Source: Gaiellaceae bacterium (lineage in GTDB: Bacteria > Actinomycetota > Thermoleophilia > Gaiellales > Gaiellaceae). Taken from it: DNA of 58,706 nucleotides. This document shows positions 36,542 to 44,659 of the stretch, in pieces; positions within the stretch are counted from its first letter, which is position 1, and every line of letters starts with the position of its first letter. A program made the position numbers and the translations under genes. The stretch is from NCBI GenBank assembly GCA_036836235.1, contig DAITKN010000001.1, positions 1 through 58,706 of the forward strand. Reading direction: 5' to 3'. The notes beneath the pieces are model-generated. The model made no database searches. It saw only the letters and a list, made by a program, of their open reading frames with translations, and was not told the origin of the DNA.

Positions 36542-36555
36542 GTGCACTAGTGCAC
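36542..36555. promoter_or_regulatory. 14-bp perfect palindrome GTGCACTAGTGCAC in the divergent region between the 36157-36531 ORF and prfB
   Basis: Read directly. A second identical copy is at 29807-29820. Confidence 0.45.
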
Positions 36556-36605
36556 AAATTCCGGCACGATGCTGTGCCGGACCCGAGCCGGGTACCATCG
36601 CGTCC

Positions 36606-37713
36606 GTGGCCGAGCCGACGACGCTTTCGCTCGACGAGCAGTTGAAGGAAATCGGGGCCCAGCTCGCCTGGGTCCGTGATTACCTTTGACCCGGATGCGC
36701 TGAAGGCGCGCCTCGTCGAGCTCGAGCAGGCCATGGGCGCCCCGGGCTTCTGGGACGATCAGCAGAAGGCCGCGAAGATCTCCACAGAGCACTCGCGCGT
36801 CCAACGCCGCGTCGAGCGTTACGAGCGCCTGCAGCACGACTTCGAGGACGCGCAGGAGCTCTACGCCATGGACGGCGACATGCAGGACGAGATCGCCGCG
36901 TCGATCGAGCCGCTGCGCGCCGAGCTCGACCGCCTGCAGGAGGACGCGCTCTTCACCGGCGAGTACGACGGCGGCGACGCGGTCGTGACGATCCAGGCCG
37001 GCACCGGCGGCACCGACGCGCAGGACTGGGCCGAGATCCTGCATCGAATGTACGAGCGCTGGGCCGAGCAGCGCGGCTTCCAGACCGAGGTGATCGAGGC
37101 GAGCCCGGGCGAGGAAGCGGGGCTCAAGTCGACGACCTTCACGGTCAAGGGCGAGAACGCCTACGGGATCCTCAAGGCCGAGCGCGGCTCGCACCGGCTC
37201 GTACGCCTCTCGCCGTTCGACCAGGCCCACCGCCGCCACACCTCCTTCGCCGGCGTGATCGTGAGCCCGCTCCTCCCGGACGACACCGAGGTGGACATCG
37301 ACGAGGCCGACCTCCGCGTCGACACCTATCGCGCGAGCGGCGCCGGCGGCCAGCACGTGAACAAGACCGACTCCGCCGTCCGGATCACGCACCTTCCGAC
37401 CGGCATCGTCGTCCAGTGCCAGAACGAGCGCTCGCAGTCCTCCAACAAGCAGACCGCCCTGCGGCTCTTGCGCTCGCGTCTCGCCGAGCTTGCCGAGGAG
37501 GAGCGCGAGGCCGAGTTGGCGAAGGAACGAGGTGCAGTGTCAGCGATCGACTTCGGCAGCCAGATCCGCTCCTACGTCCTCCAGCCCTACCAGCTGGTGA
37601 AGGACCACCGCACCGACTACGAGGACGGGAACACCCAGGCGGTGCTCGACGGGCGGCTCAACGGCTTCATCCACGCCTACCTGCTGGCGAAAGCCGCGGG
37701 GAAGGTCGTCTAG
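36606..37713 (+). CDS. prfB: Peptide chain release factor 2, expressed via a programmed +1 frameshift: join(36606..36686,36688..37713)
   Basis: The frame-0 leader VAEPTTLSLDEQLKEIGAQLAWVRDYL ends at the canonical slip site CTT TGA C (36684-36690). The +1 frame continues DPDALKARLVELE.... It has the RF2-type SPF tripeptide (RLSPFD) and GGQ (GAGGQHVNKTDSAVRITHLPTG). Confidence 0.93.
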
Positions 37714-37781
37714 CCGGGCCCTTCAGCTAGACTCGCCGGAGCGAAACCCGAACCGGCGCGGCCTACACTCCGCCCCTTTTT

Positions 37782-38573
37782 GTGAACCCGGTGCAGGAAC
37801 TCGACCTTCAGCAACAGCAGCAAGATGGCGCCGCGGCGGAGGCCGAGTCGGCGACGAACGGCGCTGTCCCGGTCGCCCCTTCGGGGGCGATGATCGTGTT
37901 CCAGAACGTGACGAAGATCTACGAGCCGAACGTCGCGGCGCTGCAGGACGTCAGCTTCGTGATCGAGAAGGGTGATTTCGTGTTCGTCGTCGGCGCGTCA
38001 GGCTCGGGGAAGTCGACGCTGATCCGGCTCCTGCTGAAGGAGCTCGAGCCGACGACCGGCCGGATCATGGTGGGCGGCCGCGACCTGACGCGCCTCCGGC
38101 GCTCGAAGGTGCCGCTGCTGCGCAGGAACATCGGCTGCGTCTTCCAGGACTTCAAGCTGCTGCCGAGCCGCACCGCGGCCGAGAACGTCGCCTACGCGCT
38201 CAAGGTGCAGGGCGAGAGCCGGAACTCGATCCGCCGCAAGGTGCCCGAGGTGCTCAACCTCGTCGGCCTCTCGCACAAGACGAACTCGCTTCCCGACGAG
38301 CTCTCCGGCGGCGAGCAGCAGCGCGTCTCGATCGCGCGCGCGTTCGTCAACCACCCGCCGCTCCTCGTCTGCGACGAGCCGACCGGCAACCTCGATCCCG
38401 ACACGTCCGTCGGGATCATGCAGCTGCTCTACCGCATCAACCGCGCGGGGACGACGATCCTGATGGCCACCCACGACCGCGAGATGGTGGACAAGATGCG
38501 CAAGCGCGTGATCGCGCTCGACGGCGGACGCCTGGCGCGCGACGAGCGGCGTGGGGGATACACGTCGGAGTGA
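37782..38573 (+). CDS. ftsE: Cell-division ABC ATPase FtsE (likely true start ATG 37890)
   Basis: Walker [10 protein letters not shown], the signature [14 protein letters not shown], and Walker [13 protein letters not shown]. The first 36 codons from GTG 37782 are low-complexity (QQQQQ). FtsE normally starts M-I-x-F-x-N-V as at 37890. Confidence 0.9.
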   Translation: MNPVQELDLQQQQQDGAAAEAESATNGAVPVAPSGAMIVFQNVTKIYEPNVAALQDVSFVIEKGDFVFVVGASGSGKSTLIRLLLKELEPTTGRIMVGGRDLTRLRRSKVPLLRRNIGCVFQDFKLLPSRTAAENVAYALKVQGESRNSIRRKVPEVLNLVGLSHKTNSLPDELSGGEQQRVSIARAFVNHPPLLVCDEPTGNLDPDTSVGIMQLLYRINRAGTTILMATHDREMVDKMRKRVIALDGGRLARDERRGGYTSE

Positions 38574-39439
38574 GGCTCCGGCTTCTCCTCTCCGAGTCGC
38601 TGCGCTCGCTGACCGCGAACCTGTCGACGACCGTCGCGGCGACGATGACGGTCCTGATCGGGATGTTCCTCCTGGGCCTGTTCATCGCGCTCGGCACCTG
38701 GGTCGTCTCGTGGTCGAACCACGTCAAGAAGGAAGTGATCGTCAAGGTCTACTTCGCGCCGGATTCCACTGACGCGCAGATCCGCTCGGTCAACACGACG
38801 CTCGACGGCGAGCCGCGCTTCGTCAAGCACGTGGACTTCGTCTCCAAGGAAGAGGCGCTGGCGCGGATGCAGAAGCGATACCCGCAGCTCGTCAAGAACC
38901 TGGCCGGCAACCCGCTGCCGGCGACGCTCGAGGTCACGCCTACGCATGCGGAGTTCGCCGACGACATCGAGCGCAGCCTGATCCCGCACCCGCCGGGGGT
39001 CGACCGGATCAACTACGGCAAGAAGACGGCGAACCGGATCATCAGCGTGGCGACCGTGATCGAGGTCGTCTTCATCTCGGCGGTGATCATCCTGCTCATC
39101 GCCGCGACCCTCTTGATCGCGAACACGATCCGGCTCTCGATCTTCGCGCGGCGCCGGGAGATCGAGGTGATGAAGCTCGTCGGCGCGACGAACTGGTTCG
39201 TGCGCGGTCCGTTCATGTTGGAAGGCCTGCTCTGCGGCTTGGTCGGCGCGTTCGCGGCCGTCGTCCTGCTCCTGCTCGGCAAGGAGATCGCGATGCCGAA
39301 GATCCTCGGGCACTTCACGACGAGCGACGACGTCCGGGCGCTCTCGTTCTGGCTCAACGCGCTGATCTTGCTGCTCGTCGGGCTGCTGCTCGGCGCCGCG
39401 GGCTCGGGTCTGACGCTGCGGCGTTTCCTGCGCGTCTAG
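38570..39439 (+). CDS. ftsX: Cell-division permease-like protein FtsX
   Basis: 289 aa with TM1, an extracellular domain and 3 TMs, and an FtsX-type C-terminal region. It has a GTGA-type overlap with ftsE. Confidence 0.9.
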   Translation: MRLRLLLSESLRSLTANLSTTVAATMTVLIGMFLLGLFIALGTWVVSWSNHVKKEVIVKVYFAPDSTDAQIRSVNTTLDGEPRFVKHVDFVSKEEALARMQKRYPQLVKNLAGNPLPATLEVTPTHAEFADDIERSLIPHPPGVDRINYGKKTANRIISVATVIEVVFISAVIILLIAATLLIANTIRLSIFARRREIEVMKLVGATNWFVRGPFMLEGLLCGLVGAFAAVVLLLLGKEIAMPKILGHFTTSDDVRALSFWLNALILLLVGLLLGAAGSGLTLRRFLRV

Positions 39440-39577
39440 CCTCCCGAGATCGACCCCGTCGTCGCCGAGATCTCGAAGCGCGGCAAGCTCGTCGTCGGCG
39501 AGCCGTACTTCACGCCCGGAACCCCGATCCTGCTGGATCGCAAGGGGCTCGGCGACGCGCGTCCGGGCGACCTCGCC

Positions 39578-41125
39578 GTGGTGGTGCCAGGCAGAGGCCG
39601 TGCCCGGCTCGAACGTGTCCTCGGCCCGGCGAAGGACATCGAGGCCGTGCTCGAAGGACTTCTCGTCGAGGAGGGCGCGCGCACGGAGTTCGAGCCGTTC
39701 CAGGTGCGCGAGCCGAGCCTCGAGGGTCGGCTCGACCTGCGCGACCTGACGACCTTCACGATCGACCCCGAGACGGCGAAGGACTTCGACGATGCCATCT
39801 CCGTGCGGGCCGAGGGCGACGGGCTGCGCGCGTGGGTGCACATCGCGGACGTGTCCTACTTCGTCGCGGCAGGCTCGCCTCTCGACCGCGGCGCCGCGGA
39901 GCGCTCATTCTCCACCTACGTCCCCGGCCGCGTCGCGCCGATGCTGCCGCCCGAGCTCGCCGACGAGGCCTGCAGCCTGCGCCCGCACGTCGAGCGCCTC
40001 TGCGTCACGGTCGAGCTGCCGTTCGACGGCTCGTTCGAGCTCGGCGAGCCGGAGTTCTACCGCTCGGTCATCCGCAGCGACGAGCGGCTCTCGTACGGCC
40101 AGGCCCAGCGGATTCTCGAAGGACGCGAGTCGATCCGGGACGAGATCGCCGACGCGTTGCGACGCGCCGAGAAGCTGTCCACCGAGCTCCGCCGGCGCCG
40201 TTTCGCGCGTGGTGCGCTGCGGATCGAGACGGGGGAGACCTCCTTCGAGTTCGACCGCCGCGGCGGCGTCGCGCGCGCGTGGCGCGAGAGCGAGCCGCAC
40301 GCGCACATGCTGATCGAGGAGCTGATGATCCTCGCGAACGAGTGCGTCGCGCGCCTGCTCGCCGGCCGGAACCGCGAGGCGCTCTACCGCGTGCACGAGC
40401 GGCCCGATCCGCAGGCGATCCAGCTACTCCTTGCGAAGCTCGCCGACCTGGAGGTGCCCACGCCGCCTGCGCCCGACGCCGACCAGCTCAGTCCGAGCGT
40501 CGCCGCTCGGCTCGCCGGCGAGATCAGCGAGCGCGTGACGGCGTACGTGGAGCAGAGCGGGCGCGGCTGCGAGGCGTTCCCGTCGCTCGTCCTCCGCGCG
40601 CTCAAGCAGGCACGGTACGACCCGAAGAACCTCGGCCACTCGGGACTGGCCTCCCGCGCCTACTGCCACTTCACCTCGCCGATCCGCCGCTACCCCGACC
40701 TCGTCGTCCACCGCAGCCTCCTGCGTGAGCTCGGGGAGGAGGAGGCGCTCCCGGACGATCTGAACCAGCTCGCCGAGCACGCCTCTCAGCGCGAGCGCGC
40801 CGCCGCCGACCTCGAGTACCGCGCGGACGACCTCTGCCTCGCGTGGCTGCTCGACGCGCGGCTGTACGAGGAGGGTTGGGAGGCGACCTTCCCAGGGGAG
40901 ATCACGGGCGTGATCGGATCGGGCCTCTTCGTGCGTTTCGGCGACATCTTCGAGGGCTATCTGCCCGCGCGCAGGCTCCCGGGCGACTACTTCGAGCTGA
41001 ACGACACCGGCACGGCGATGATCGGCCGGCGCGGACGCGGCACCTACCGCCTCGGCGACCCGATCGAGGTGCGGGTCCATGGGATCCGCAAGGCCGAGGG
41101 CAAGGTCGAGGTGGGGCTCGCCTGA
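39578..41125 (+). CDS. rnr: RNase R / RNase II-family 3'-5' exoribonuclease (RNB + S1 domains); the N-terminus probably extends upstream
   Basis: RNB motifs (DPETAKDFDDAISV, HIADVSYFV, LMILANE, GHSGLASRAYCHFTSPIRRYPDLVVHR) and a C-terminal S1 domain. The first canonical start is 39578, but the protein-like in-frame sequence starts right after the ftsX stop. Confidence 0.88.
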   Translation: MVVPGRGRARLERVLGPAKDIEAVLEGLLVEEGARTEFEPFQVREPSLEGRLDLRDLTTFTIDPETAKDFDDAISVRAEGDGLRAWVHIADVSYFVAAGSPLDRGAAERSFSTYVPGRVAPMLPPELADEACSLRPHVERLCVTVELPFDGSFELGEPEFYRSVIRSDERLSYGQAQRILEGRESIRDEIADALRRAEKLSTELRRRRFARGALRIETGETSFEFDRRGGVARAWRESEPHAHMLIEELMILANECVARLLAGRNREALYRVHERPDPQAIQLLLAKLADLEVPTPPAPDADQLSPSVAARLAGEISERVTAYVEQSGRGCEAFPSLVLRALKQARYDPKNLGHSGLASRAYCHFTSPIRRYPDLVVHRSLLRELGEEEALPDDLNQLAEHASQRERAAADLEYRADDLCLAWLLDARLYEEGWEATFPGEITGVIGSGLFVRFGDIFEGYLPARRLPGDYFELNDTGTAMIGRRGRGTYRLGDPIEVRVHGIRKAEGKVEVGLA

Positions 41126-41135
41126 ACGTCGTCTC

Positions 41136-41681
41136 TTAGAGCTCGTCCGGCAGCAGCGAGTAGGAGACCATGTCGCGGCGCTCGCCCCGGACGTCCATCC
41201 AGCTCCGTTGGACGCCCTCGCGCGTGAAGCCCGCCTTCTCGGCCACGCGCTGAGAGGCGATGTTCTCGACGTCCGCGTGTAGCTGGAGCCGCTTGGCGCC
41301 CGTGTTCTCCGCGACCCAGCGCGTGAGGAGCGTCAGTGCGCGGGGCGCGATCCCGCGCCCGCGCTGAGCGCTCGCGACCCAGTAGCCGAACTCGGTGCGC
41401 TCCGCCTCGTCCCCGCGGAAGCCGCACGCGCCGAGCAACTCGCCGGTCCTTGCATCGAAGACGCCGACGTTGCCGGCGCCCTCTGCGTTCCGCTGCGGTT
41501 GGCTCCCGATGAACTCGCGCCCATCCTCCTCGCGGTAGGGGAAAGGCATCATCGGCAGCCAGTGGTGGAGGGTCTCGTCGTTGCAGGCTTCGACGAGCGC
41601 CGGCACGTCGTCCATCCGCCACGGCCGCAGCGTCACGACGCCGTCCGTCAGCTCTTCGAAGAGATCGACCGGCTCGGCCAT
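41136..41681 (-). CDS. GNAT-family N-acetyltransferase (RimJ/RimL-like)
   Basis: 181 aa with the acetyl-CoA loop QRGRGIAPRAL and the pattern typical of Acetyltransf_3. Confidence 0.8.
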   Translation of the reverse strand: MAEPVDLFEELTDGVVTLRPWRMDDVPALVEACNDETLHHWLPMMPFPYREEDGREFIGSQPQRNAEGAGNVGVFDARTGELLGACGFRGDEAERTEFGYWVASAQRGRGIAPRALTLLTRWVAENTGAKRLQLHADVENIASQRVAEKAGFTREGVQRSWMDVRGERRDMVSYSLLPDEL

Positions 41682-41703
41682 GGCTCGATCCTAGAATGAC
41701 GAA

Positions 41704-42156
41704 GTGGCCGAGAAGCTGATCACAGACAACCGCCGTGCGCGGCACGACTACCACCTGCTCGAGCGCCACGAGGCCGGGATGGTGCTCACCGGGACGGAGG
41801 TGAAGTCGCTGCGCCAGGGCCGCGTCACGCTCGGGAACGCGTACGCGGACGTGCGCGACGGCGAGCTCTGGCTCATCGGCGCCCATATCGACGTGTACGA
41901 CCAGGGCAATCTCGCGAACCACGAGCCCGAGCGCGACCGCAAGCTCCTGATGAAGCGCCATGAGATCGACTCCCTGTACAGCACGGTTCGCGAGAAGGGC
42001 CTGACGCTCGTCCCGACGAGGCTCTACTTCAAGGACGGGCGCGTGAAGCTGGAGATCGCCGTCGCGCGCGGCAAGGAGCTGCGCGACAAGCGCCGCGACC
42101 TCGTCCAGCGAGACCAGCAGCGCGAGATGGAACGCGCGCTCAAGGCACGGCGCTAG
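41704..42156 (+). CDS. smpB: SsrA-binding protein
   Basis: 150 aa with a GTG start, ITDNRRARHDYHLLERHEAGMVLTGTEVKSLR and LVPTRLYFKDGRVKLEIAVARGK. Confidence 0.96.
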   Translation: MAEKLITDNRRARHDYHLLERHEAGMVLTGTEVKSLRQGRVTLGNAYADVRDGELWLIGAHIDVYDQGNLANHEPERDRKLLMKRHEIDSLYSTVREKGLTLVPTRLYFKDGRVKLEIAVARGKELRDKRRDLVQRDQQREMERALKARR

Positions 42157-43054
42157 CGAGCGGCCCGCGGAGGTGGATCCGGCCCGGCGCCGGGGTGTAA
42201 CCCAGCTTTTCGTTGACGCGCCGCATCGACGCGTTCCGCACCTCATTCGTCGTGTCGAGCAGGTCGAGCCCGTGCTCGATCGCCCACACGATTTGCGCCC
42301 GCTTGAGCGCGCTCGCGATCCCGCGCCCGCGCCAGGCGCGCTTGACGCCCGTCATGGCATGTATCGCGTGGCCAGGGCGAGCGGCAGAGATGCGGAGCAT
42401 CGCGTAGCCGACCGGCTCGTCTTGCGCGACAGCGATCCACGTTTCGTTGCCAGGGCCGTACAGGTGGTGCTGAACCCAGTGCTCGAGCGGGCGCATCACT
42501 TCGGCTTCGGCGCCGGGGATGTCCGGAAACGATTCGCGCGCGACGTCGTAGAGCGGGTTCGCAAGATCCGGACGCTCCGCAAGCGTGACGATCTCGACAT
42601 CCTCCGGCGGCTCGACCGCGGGAGGTTCTATGCCGTCGAGCCGTAGCTCGAGACCGGCTTCGCGCGACTCCTCGACGAACCCGCGGCGCAGCGCGTAGTC
42701 GATGCCCTCCGGATCCTCCTCGCGCGCGAAGGTGTCGAGCGTTTCTCGGCCGCGTTCGCGCGCCCACGCGGAGACGGCTTCGTAGAGTGCGGTCCCAACG
42801 CCGCGCCGCCGCCCAGCCGGAAGGACGGTAATCAGGGTGAACACGTGGTCGGGTCGCGGCGAGCCGATCGCCGCGACGGCGGATCCGACGACCTCGCCGT
42901 CGAGCTCCCCGAGCACCTCGAGCGTCTCGTCGTGCCCGGCTCGCCAAGCGGTCGTCTCTTCGACGGTGAAAGCGGCGCGCGGCCAGACCCGGTTGTAGAC
43001 CTCGGTCGACGCGGCGAGGTCGTCTTCGTCGCGGCAGGGCCTGATCTCCACCAT
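42140..43054 (-). CDS. Tandem-GNAT N-acetyltransferase (two acetyltransferase domains, MshD-like architecture)
   Basis: 304 aa with two acetyl-CoA-binding loops (RRRGVGTALY and RGRGIASALK). The specific function cannot be inferred. Confidence 0.7.
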   Translation of the reverse strand: MVEIRPCRDEDDLAASTEVYNRVWPRAAFTVEETTAWRAGHDETLEVLGELDGEVVGSAVAAIGSPRPDHVFTLITVLPAGRRRGVGTALYEAVSAWARERGRETLDTFAREEDPEGIDYALRRGFVEESREAGLELRLDGIEPPAVEPPEDVEIVTLAERPDLANPLYDVARESFPDIPGAEAEVMRPLEHWVQHHLYGPGNETWIAVAQDEPVGYAMLRISAARPGHAIHAMTGVKRAWRGRGIASALKRAQIVWAIEHGLDLLDTTNEVRNASMRRVNEKLGYTPAPGRIHLRGPLASAVP

Positions 43055-43061
43055 TTGCGGC

Positions 43062-43067
43062 TACAAT
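43062..43067 (+). promoter_or_regulatory. Candidate -10 element (TACAAT) for ssrA
   Basis: TACAAT lies 17 nt upstream of the mature tmRNA 5' end. That would give a short leader removable by RNase P. No convincing -35 was seen. Confidence 0.4.
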
Positions 43068-43084
43068 ATGGTCAACACACATAC

Positions 43085-43449
43085 GGGGGCGACCTGGCTT
43101 CGACGTGGTCGGTTCTCCGGCAGAGCTGCAAGCGGAGGTCTCCGGTCGGCCTCCTAAAACAACCGGAAACCAATGCAAGTGCGGATAATCAACTCGCACT
43201 CGCCGCTTAGTTCTTAGGGACTAAGTGACGTGTCGCCCCGAGTTGGGCCCGTGGCCCGGAGGCGGCATCAACTAACGGGCTGGCGCTCAGGGAGAGTCAC
43301 TCGCCTGAAAGCGTGAGATCCAAAGGAGGACTAGCCCGAACGGTTGGTCGGTCCCCACCGGCCGCCGGGCGAAATTCAAGGGGTACCTAAGCTTGTAGAT
43401 GCTCTGACCGGTGCGATTGCGGACGCGGGTTCGATTCCCGCCGCCTCCA
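43085..43449 (+). ncRNA. ssrA: Transfer-messenger RNA (tmRNA)
   Basis: The 5' GGGGGCGACCTGGCTTCGACG pairs with the 3' CGCCTCC-A (with a G3:U wobble). The T-arm is GGGTTCGATTCCC. The internal tag frame ends ...ASADNQLALAA-TAG (43175-43210). CCA is not encoded. It lies downstream of smpB. Confidence 0.95.
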
Positions 43450-43450
43450 T
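43424..43450 (+). repeat. attL-like direct repeat (last 27 nt of ssrA)
   Basis: CGCGGGTTCGATTCCCGCCGCCTCCAT, identical to 45108-45134. Confidence 0.9.
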
Positions 43451-43452
43451 CA

Positions 43453-43505
43453 CGCCCCGAAGTCCGCTCCGGCTCCGCCGGAGCATGCGACTTCGGGGCG
43501 TTTCT
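43453..43505 (+). terminator. Intrinsic terminator for ssrA supplied by the inserted element
   Basis: A 12-bp stem CGCCCCGAAGTC/GACTTCGGGGCG encloses an inner stem CTCCGG/CCGGAG and is followed by TTTCT. Confidence 0.6.
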
Positions 43506-43676
43506 GCTCCTAGCGGTGGACCGCAGCGAGCCGACGCCGGCGAAGCCGGCATCGGCGGCTGATGTGGACACGGGCCTGTGCTTTGGAGTCAGCACACCCA
43601 AGGGTGCATCTGCGTCTCGCTGGCTACCTTCCTGTCCGGAGCCTCAGGGCGCGCCCGTCTTTGCCGATAACAATAA

Positions 43677-43691
43677 GTGGACAAAGTCCAC
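43677..43691. promoter_or_regulatory. Inverted repeat GTGGAC-AAA-GTCCAC upstream of the HTH gene (candidate operator / RDF site)
   Basis: Read directly, in an AT-rich stretch about 45 nt upstream of ATG 43735. Two further GTGGAC copies are at 43516 and 43564. Confidence 0.45.
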
Positions 43692-43734
43692 ATACTCGAC
43701 AAAGACGACATCAGGAGCTATAGTCCTGAGGACG

Positions 43735-43998
43735 ATGACAACCAAGGAACTGCTGAACGTTCGTGACACCGCTCGGTTGCTGGGCGTTCACGAGAACACG
43801 GTCCGCAACTGGGAGGCTGGCGGTCTGCTGCGCGCCGTTCACCTGCCTGGCAGCGGCTTCCGGCGATTCGCGCCTCAGGACGTCGAGCGGCTGCGCGCTG
43901 AGATGTTCGAGCAGCTGGCGCCGGCCACCGAGGGTCCCGTCGTGAACCCCGGGCGCAAGCGCAGCGGTCGACTTGTCTTAGGCGACGCGACCGAGTAG
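43735..43998 (+). CDS. Excisionase/MerR-superfamily helix-turn-helix protein (HTH_17-like)
   Basis: 87 aa: LLNVRDTARLLGVHENTVRNWEAGGLLRAVHLPGSGFRRFAPQDVERL. GAGGA lies 4 nt upstream of the ATG. The longer track ORF (from 43411) would overlap ssrA and is rejected. Confidence 0.7.
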   Translation: MTTKELLNVRDTARLLGVHENTVRNWEAGGLLRAVHLPGSGFRRFAPQDVERLRAEMFEQLAPATEGPVVNPGRKRSGRLVLGDATE

Positions 43999-44040
43999 CC
44001 AGGACGAAGACGACCGGGGCGCCGATAGGCTGGCGCGCCG

Positions 44041-44622
44041 ATGTCGCCGAGACCGAAACGACCTTCAGACGCCGACTACTACGAGCGCGATCGCGTCGAG
44101 CTCTTCAGTCAGGGCGATCTGTTCCGCGACGTTCCGCTCGCGTATCCGTTGCCGGCTGACGAGCTTCTCGTCGACGAGGCGAGCAGAGGCAGCCGACGCT
44201 TCCTGAGTGGTCCGCTCGCGTTCGGTCCCGCGATGCTGATCACGCCGAGCTGCTCGCTCGGGGCTCAGGGCGTCGAGGGCTACGGTCATCCTGTCCGGAC
44301 GCTTGTCCCGCTGATCCCAGTCGTGCAGCTCGTCGACGACGGCATCGTCAAGGAAACGGCACTCGCCGACCTTCGGCGCTTCGATCACCTGATCAACTAC
44401 ATGTACCTGCCGCCGCTCGAAATCGACGAGCTCGAGTTCTCGATGCCCGAGAGCATCGCGCTCCTGTACATGCCGGTCACGCTCCACCATGCGTTCCTCG
44501 AAGGTCAGCGTGTCTCCCAGCTCGCGTACCGCGGCGCACAGCAGTTGCAGCGGAAGCTCGTGTGGTTCTACTCGGGCTGGCTCGAGGATGATCTCGATTC
44601 GTTCGACCCCCCGATGGACTGA
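44041..44622 (+). CDS. Hypothetical protein (island cargo, no recognised family)
   Basis: 193-aa ORF with non-repetitive, balanced composition. It is on the same strand as the flanking island ORFs with short gaps. Confidence 0.55.
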   Translation: MSPRPKRPSDADYYERDRVELFSQGDLFRDVPLAYPLPADELLVDEASRGSRRFLSGPLAFGPAMLITPSCSLGAQGVEGYGHPVRTLVPLIPVVQLVDDGIVKETALADLRRFDHLINYMYLPPLEIDELEFSMPESIALLYMPVTLHHAFLEGQRVSQLAYRGAQQLQRKLVWFYSGWLEDDLDSFDPPMD

Positions 44623-44659
44623 CGGCCTGGTCTTTGGGTCCCGTTGGCACTATTCACGC

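Noticed and set aside
37782-37892. N-terminal Gln-rich extension of FtsE as a novel domain
   Set aside because: It is low-complexity (QQQQQ, Ala/Glu-rich) and is preceded directly by a T-run. The canonical FtsE N-terminus begins at ATG 37890 just after a CGCCCC-TTCG-GGGGCG hairpin. It is probably non-coding leader.
43411-43998. 195-aa ORF starting inside ssrA
   Set aside because: The first 108 codons overlap the tmRNA 3' end, terminator and non-coding repeats. The HTH domain with a good RBS starts at ATG 43735.
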